From positions 3,454,163 to 3,518,162 of the forward strand of contig OY970381.1 in the NCBI GenBank assembly GCA_963719405.1: 64,000 nt of DNA. Direction: 5' to 3'. Origin of the DNA: an uncultured Acidobacteriaceae bacterium (lineage in GTDB: Bacteria > Acidobacteriota > Terriglobia > Terriglobales > Acidobacteriaceae). The notes beneath the pieces are model-generated. The model was not told the origin of the DNA and made no database searches. It saw only the letters and a list, made by a program, of their open reading frames with translations. Numbering within the stretch: position 1 is the first letter of the stretch; each line of letters opens with the position of its first letter. Shown here piece after piece: positions 59,244 to 64,000 of this stretch. Position numbers and translations under genes: made by a program.

Positions 59244-59846
59244 CTATGTTGCAGAAAGGCTCGGTCGTTTGTTAGTCGGACGCTCACGCGGGACCCTCTT
59301 GTACATGAGAAATCCGATAAGCTGAAATGCTGTTACTGCGGCGACGTAGCCCAGGAACCCAGCGGCAGCGGAATCGGATACTCGCGAAACCGCAATCAGT
59401 CCGAACCCCATAAGGATCTCGGATAATCCGCACACCTGTAGAGCCCTCTTTTGGGTTGGGTGGTGCCCCATATGCTGAGACGCACGTATCTGAGCTGCCC
59501 CAAAGAGAAGCGCATGGGGGGAAACAACCAGCGCAATCGTCCTGAGAGAGGAACTCTCGGTCATCGAAAGGTACAGGGCGCAAGCGATCGAAAGAGCACT
59601 AAGCACAAGGTAGCTCATGATTTCTCGCTTATGCCTCTTTTCGAACTGAAAAGCCACTACGACCTCAGCGCTCCCAATGGAGATGAGGCCTGTGGTGACT
59701 ACAACCTCCATCGCAAGAGCCACACTTCCCTCCATCCACACATCGGAGGCACGATGATCGAGATATACGAAAAGCAGAACGAACCCGATTAGTACAGCGG
59801 CCAGCATCGCAGCGAGCAATCTATGAAGCCGACGTTCACATCGCAT
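59244..59846 (-). CDS. Polytopic membrane protein (DUF308-like)
   Basis: 200 aa with 6 hydrophobic segments. It is divergent from the P-type ATPase. Confidence 0.55.
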   Translation of the reverse strand: MRCERRLHRLLAAMLAAVLIGFVLLFVYLDHRASDVWMEGSVALAMEVVVTTGLISIGSAEVVVAFQFEKRHKREIMSYLVLSALSIACALYLSMTESSSLRTIALVVSPHALLFGAAQIRASQHMGHHPTQKRALQVCGLSEILMGFGLIAVSRVSDSAAAGFLGYVAAVTAFQLIGFLMYKRVPRERPTNKRPSLSAT

Positions 59847-60009
59847 GAGTCAGTTCCTCGTTTGTGGAACTCTCGTAAGCTCTTCGACGCCGTTCCGCCA
59901 CACCGCTTTTTGGAGCAATGGTGACGGACATACATGAGATACGTGTGTGAACGCGATTGTTGTAAATCGCTCACTTGCTGAGTGTAGGCCTTGTTGTCGC
60001 ACAACCATT

Positions 60010-60025
60010 TGTGACAAGCATCACC
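60010..60025. promoter_or_regulatory. Crp/Fnr-type palindrome TGTGA-CAAGCA-TCACC
   Basis: One mismatch. Its centre is about 61 bp upstream of the ATPase GTG at 60079. Confidence 0.5.
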
Positions 60026-60078
60026 AAGGTGCTGGGCCGCCCACGAGCCTTCACTGTTAATGATCGAGGCGCGGGAGA

Positions 60079-62007
60079 GTGCATTTGACGCAGCGCAATA
60101 TGTTCCGCAAATCGGTAGAGAGGCCAGTGACCCACATCGCCGCTGCGGCATTCATTGCTGCGGGCATGCTGGGCGCTATGGGTTTGCGGGTCCTTGTGCA
60201 CAATCCACAGATCTTGAACGTTGTCCTGCTCACTGCCATTGCTGGTGCCAGCATTCCGTTAGTGATCTCGCTCATCCAGCAGGTCCTCCGGCGCAATTTC
60301 AGCGTTGACATCCTCGCTTTCATGTCAATCATCACGTCATTGGTTCTTGGCCAATATTGGGTCGCGGCGCTCGTTGTCTTGATGCTCTCCGGCGGACAGG
60401 CGCTCGAAGCATATGCCACGCGGCGTGCGTCATCCGTGCTCAGCGCTCTCGCCAAAAGAATGCCTCAAACTGTCCATAAAACCGGTGAGGGGATTGTTGA
60501 CGTAGCCATAAGCGCTATCAAAGTTGGAGACGAATTGCTGATCTATCCGCATGAGATTTGCCCAGTGGACGGAGTGGTTGTGAGCGGGGAAGGGAGCATG
60601 GATGAATCCTACTTGACGGGGGAACCTTTTCTGGTAGCAAAGGCACCGGGAACAACCGTCCTCTCGGGTGCGATCAACGGTGACGTCGCACTCACAATTC
60701 GCGCGACCATGATTGCCAGCGACTCGCGCTACGCAAAGATTGTCAAAGTGCTCCATGCTTCGGAAGAGAACCGGCCGCAGATCAGACGGCTCGGAGATAG
60801 GCTCGGATCCTGGTATACGCCAATCGCTATCGCGATCGCGCTGGCAAGCTGGTTCCTGAGCGGTCACTCAGAGCGATTCCTGGCGGTCTTGGTGATTGCG
60901 ACACCATGTCCCCTTTTGATCTCGATCCCTGTCGCAATCATTGGCGCCATTTCAGTCAGCGCAAAGCTGGGCATTATCGTCAAAGACCCCTCAATCCTCG
61001 AAAAGATTGAGACCTGCCGTGTGCTGATCGTTGATAAGACAGGGACTCTCACCTACGGGAGACCTAGCCTAACCTCAATTGACTGCTTCGGAGGCACCTC
61101 TCGGAGCAAAGCTCTTCAATACGCCGCAAGTCTGGAACGCTACTCGAAGCATCCGCTCGCGAGTGCTGTCATTGCCGCAGCGGATAAGGAGGGATTGCTG
61201 CTCCTCAAGGTCGAAGATGTCTCCGAGCTCCCGGGCGCGGGCCTGAGGGGTGACGTAGCAGGAAAGCTCGTAACAATAACGGGACGTGGCAAACTCGCCA
61301 CCGAGATCCTGTCGGCCATGCCGCCAGTTGCACCCGGCCTCGAATGTGTTTTGCTTGTCGACGAGGAGCTTGCAGGGGTAATCCACTTCGAGGATGAGCC
61401 ACGTCATGAGAGCAAGTCCTTTCTTGGGCACCTGAATTCGATGCACCAAATCTCGCGAGTCATCCTCCTTTCTGGTGATCGTCCCGCGGAGGTCGCATCG
61501 TTTGCGTCAGGGATGGGTATCACGGAAGCCTACGGCGGCAAGAGTCCTGAACAGAAGGTTGAGTTCGTCCGCGAGACCACGTTGAAGGGCCGAACCCTTT
61601 ACCTCGGAGACGGCATCAACGACGCTCCCGCAATGATGGCAGCCACTGCGGGCATCGCGCTGGGTGTCAACAGCGACATCACTTCGGAGGCGGCCGGTGC
61701 GGTGATCCTTCAGTCTTCGCTCGTCAGCGTTGACAAGTTGATACACGTAGGTCGACGTATGCGTCGGATCGCTCTGACCAGCGCCATCGGCGGCATGAGC
61801 CTCAGCCTCCTTGGGATGGCTGCTGCGTCATTGGGCTTCCTGAGCCCGATTGGTGGAGCCATCGCGCAGGAGGTCATTGACCTGCTCTCCATCCTCAACT
61901 CACTGCGGGTGATACTTCCTACGGGTTCCTTAACCGATTTCGAACCGGGTGCTCCCGCGCCCACCGGGGCGTCCCCTGATATCCCGAGATCCTCCGGGCG
62001 GAACTGA
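60079..62007 (+). CDS. P1B-type (heavy-metal) P-type ATPase with a TPCP transmembrane motif and no N-terminal metal-binding domain
   Basis: TGEP actuator motif (LTGEPFLV), VIATPCPLLIS, phosphorylation site DKTGTLT, and hinge GDGINDAPAM. The start could instead be ATG 60100. Confidence 0.9.
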   Translation: MHLTQRNMFRKSVERPVTHIAAAAFIAAGMLGAMGLRVLVHNPQILNVVLLTAIAGASIPLVISLIQQVLRRNFSVDILAFMSIITSLVLGQYWVAALVVLMLSGGQALEAYATRRASSVLSALAKRMPQTVHKTGEGIVDVAISAIKVGDELLIYPHEICPVDGVVVSGEGSMDESYLTGEPFLVAKAPGTTVLSGAINGDVALTIRATMIASDSRYAKIVKVLHASEENRPQIRRLGDRLGSWYTPIAIAIALASWFLSGHSERFLAVLVIATPCPLLISIPVAIIGAISVSAKLGIIVKDPSILEKIETCRVLIVDKTGTLTYGRPSLTSIDCFGGTSRSKALQYAASLERYSKHPLASAVIAAADKEGLLLLKVEDVSELPGAGLRGDVAGKLVTITGRGKLATEILSAMPPVAPGLECVLLVDEELAGVIHFEDEPRHESKSFLGHLNSMHQISRVILLSGDRPAEVASFASGMGITEAYGGKSPEQKVEFVRETTLKGRTLYLGDGINDAPAMMAATAGIALGVNSDITSEAAGAVILQSSLVSVDKLIHVGRRMRRIALTSAIGGMSLSLLGMAAASLGFLSPIGGAIAQEVIDLLSILNSLRVILPTGSLTDFEPGAPAPTGASPDIPRSSGRN

Positions 62008-62048
62008 CTCGATCCCGATGAACCTTCGACTGAGCTGAAGGTCCGGCC

Positions 62049-64000
62049 TTAATCATTTCGCCAACTCAGGCAAACCACGATGGAACGAGGCAGGGTCTCA
62101 ACACACTCCGAAGCAAGAGGGAGTGCTTCTTCCAGTTCGCTAATGCCATGAAGGCCCTGAATGGATGTGTCGATCATCCGTCGCCAGCCGTTTGCTCTAT
62201 GTTCCTGAATGACAAACTCGATAGGCTGATCCGAAGCGTTGATCATCACGTACAGATCGTCGTCATCCTCCGAGTCCCCGCGCAAGCAGTACGCAAGTGT
62301 TCGAGAGCTCCTGGACAGATCGACATGAGGACCGATCCCATACCAGCTGATATCTCCACGCCAGAAGTGTGATCGACCGAGCGACGGATGAGCTTTCCGG
62401 AAAGCGATCATCTTTTTCCAAAAGCAAAACACATCCGCATTCCCTTCCCTACGACTCCAATCCAGCCAACTCTTTTCACTGTCGATCTGAAAGGGGTTAT
62501 CACATCCAAATTGGGTCTGCAAAAACTCATCGCCTGCCCGCAACATCGGTGTTCCGTTTGCTAAGAACAGCAAGCAACAGAAGTTTCTTACCTGCTGGCG
62601 CCGTAGGTTTACTGTCTCGTTTGGAACGTCAACGTCTCCGTCCGGTCCGCCGCAGTTCCAACTCTCAGGGGAGTCATACGATACAAGGTCATAGAGGGTC
62701 AAACCGTCATGGGAACTGATGTAATTCAGGCTTTGCCAGGGGCGGTATGCTTCTCGTGCCGAGTCAGGGAAAACGTCCGCACTGCCGTACAGACGCGTCA
62801 TCAGGTCAGGGATCATGCCGGCGTCACCCTTCACGACCCTTCTGATGGTCGACCTGAACTTGTCATTCCACTGACGCCATCCCACGCCAGGGAAACTTCT
62901 CTGTAACGCGTTTGCGGACGAGACGCTTCCAGAGATGTGCACGTCCGTTCCTAGCTGGTAGTTGACGAAGCAAGCATTGCCCTCCCAAGGTTCCGCAATC
63001 AAGCGAAGGCGGCCGAGATCATGATTGCCCGCGATTTCACCGAATATAGGAGGATCGGAAAAGTTGATGGAACCATCAGTGTTGCGCGAGAAAACAGATG
63101 CGAGATCGAACCGATATCCATCGACTCCCATTTCCGTTGCCCAATACGTGAGGCTGTCCACGATGAGCTGCCTCACTGCTCGGTTCGCACAATGTAGGGT
63201 GTTCCCAGCTCCCGTAAAATCAGCGTACGGATGTGTGGGGTCGTCCGATGCCATGTAGTACGTGCTGTTATCGATGCCTTTTAAGGAGTACACGGGACCA
63301 TATTCATTGGCTTCGCCAGTGTGGTTGTAGACGACGTCTAAAAGGACTTCGATACCAGCGGCATGAAGAGCTTTCACCATCTCTTTGAACTCGCGCGGTC
63401 CGCTTCCTGGAACCTGATCCCGCAAATATCTGTCGTGCGGCGCGAAGAAATTGATCGGCATGTATCCCCAATAATTGGGTTCGGATGCATCGAATTGGAA
63501 GACTGGCATCAGCTCCAAGGCCGTCACGCCAAGATCACACAGGTAAGGAATCTTTTCGATGATGCCAGCGAATGTGCCTCGGCTTTCGGCGCTGATGCCG
63601 GAGTTCGGGTTCATCGTGAAGCCACGCACATGCAACTCATAGATGATCAGGTCGCTATCGTGTTCGGGTCTGCGATCATCCTGCCATCGAAATGGGGGGC
63701 TGACCATGTCTGGAAGCACACCGAGGGGAGCTTTTCCCACGTTGCTTTCTAATCCGATTGCCGCCGTGCGATCGAAAGAGGGAGGGAAGAAGACGCCCGT
63801 CGTGTATGGGTCGAGCAAGACCTTCTCACGTTGGAAGGCGTGTCTCTCGAATCGATCACCGGTCGCTGGCGGACCGTCGATCGAATATGCGTAATACATT
63901 GCCCCTTCCATCCGGGTTTCAGGAATGCGTGCATGCCATACACGTCCCGTCTTATTCCTGAGCAAGTCGAAAACATACTCGAAGATAGGTACTGCATGGT
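62049..64000 (-). CDS. glgX: Glycogen debranching enzyme (GH13 isoamylase, GlgX); N-terminus outside the window
   Basis: YELHVRGFT, LGVTALELMPV, DVVYNHT, GYRFDLAS, and EPWE blocks. The frame stays open upstream of the track start to base 64000. Confidence 0.9.
   Translation of the reverse strand, partial: HAVPIFEYVFDLLRNKTGRVWHARIPETRMEGAMYYAYSIDGPPATGDRFERHAFQREKVLLDPYTTGVFFPPSFDRTAAIGLESNVGKAPLGVLPDMVSPPFRWQDDRRPEHDSDLIIYELHVRGFTMNPNSGISAESRGTFAGIIEKIPYLCDLGVTALELMPVFQFDASEPNYWGYMPINFFAPHDRYLRDQVPGSGPREFKEMVKALHAAGIEVLLDVVYNHTGEANEYGPVYSLKGIDNSTYYMASDDPTHPYADFTGAGNTLHCANRAVRQLIVDSLTYWATEMGVDGYRFDLASVFSRNTDGSINFSDPPIFGEIAGNHDLGRLRLIAEPWEGNACFVNYQLGTDVHISGSVSSANALQRSFPGVGWRQWNDKFRSTIRRVVKGDAGMIPDLMTRLYGSADVFPDSAREAYRPWQSLNYISSHDGLTLYDLVSYDSPESWNCGGPDGDVDVPNETVNLRRQQVRNFCCLLFLANGTPMLRAGDEFLQTQFGCDNPFQIDSEKSWLDWSRREGNADVFCFWKKMIAFRKAHPSLGRSHFWRGDISWYGIGPHVDLSRSSRTLAYCLRGDSEDDDDLYVMINASDQPIEFVIQEHRANGWRRMIDTSIQGLHGISELEEALPLASECVETLPRSIVVCLSWRND

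Noticed and set aside
49081-60078. Sigma-54 promoters (TGGCAC-N5-TTGC) for the NtrC-type activator
   Set aside because: Candidate strings, such as GGCACAGATTGCC on the minus strand near 57045 and TGGCAGTTCAGAGGTT near 59095, have the wrong spacing or lack the -12 GC.

Overview
This is a GC-rich bacterial chromosomal segment. The gene content (bshA, many PAS/USP/sigma-54 regulators, TAT-signal redox enzymes) suggests Acidobacteriota/Terriglobia, but that is inference only. I read three zones.

(i) 1-12.7 kb is ordinary core DNA. It holds a histidine-kinase/response-regulator phosphorelay, gap, a glycine-betaine-type ABC transporter, a DinB protein, ribA, a LytS-type kinase, a translationally coupled ydjC-bshA pair, and a divergent tRNA-Val / tRNA-Asp pair.

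(ii) About 12.6-50.6 kb is a mosaic accessory zone that starts exactly at tRNA-Asp.
- It opens with an integrase/excisionase island carrying a HUH Rep-like protein, an RHH protein and a sigma region-2-like protein.
- Two diverged paralogous modules are each present twice in direct orientation: [YhcG-type PDDEXK nuclease + tyrosine recombinase] and [SRAP + secreted PLD/Nuc nuclease].
- It also contains a 5'-truncated group II intron, an interrupted umuD-X-umuC cassette, a redox/detox gene block, and an unusually high number of frameshifted, nonsense-mutated or truncated genes.

(iii) About 49.3-62 kb is a stress cluster: three tandem-USP genes, a Crp/Fnr regulator, a sigma-54 activator, a PAS kinase, DUF308-like membrane proteins and a TPCP-motif P-type ATPase. 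Six intergenic TGTGA-N6-TCACA palindromes are embedded in it, which I interpret as the local Crp/Fnr regulon.

The window ends inside glgX. I saw no rRNA, no CRISPR array and no intact IS element. All homology statements come from reading the translations, not from database searches.
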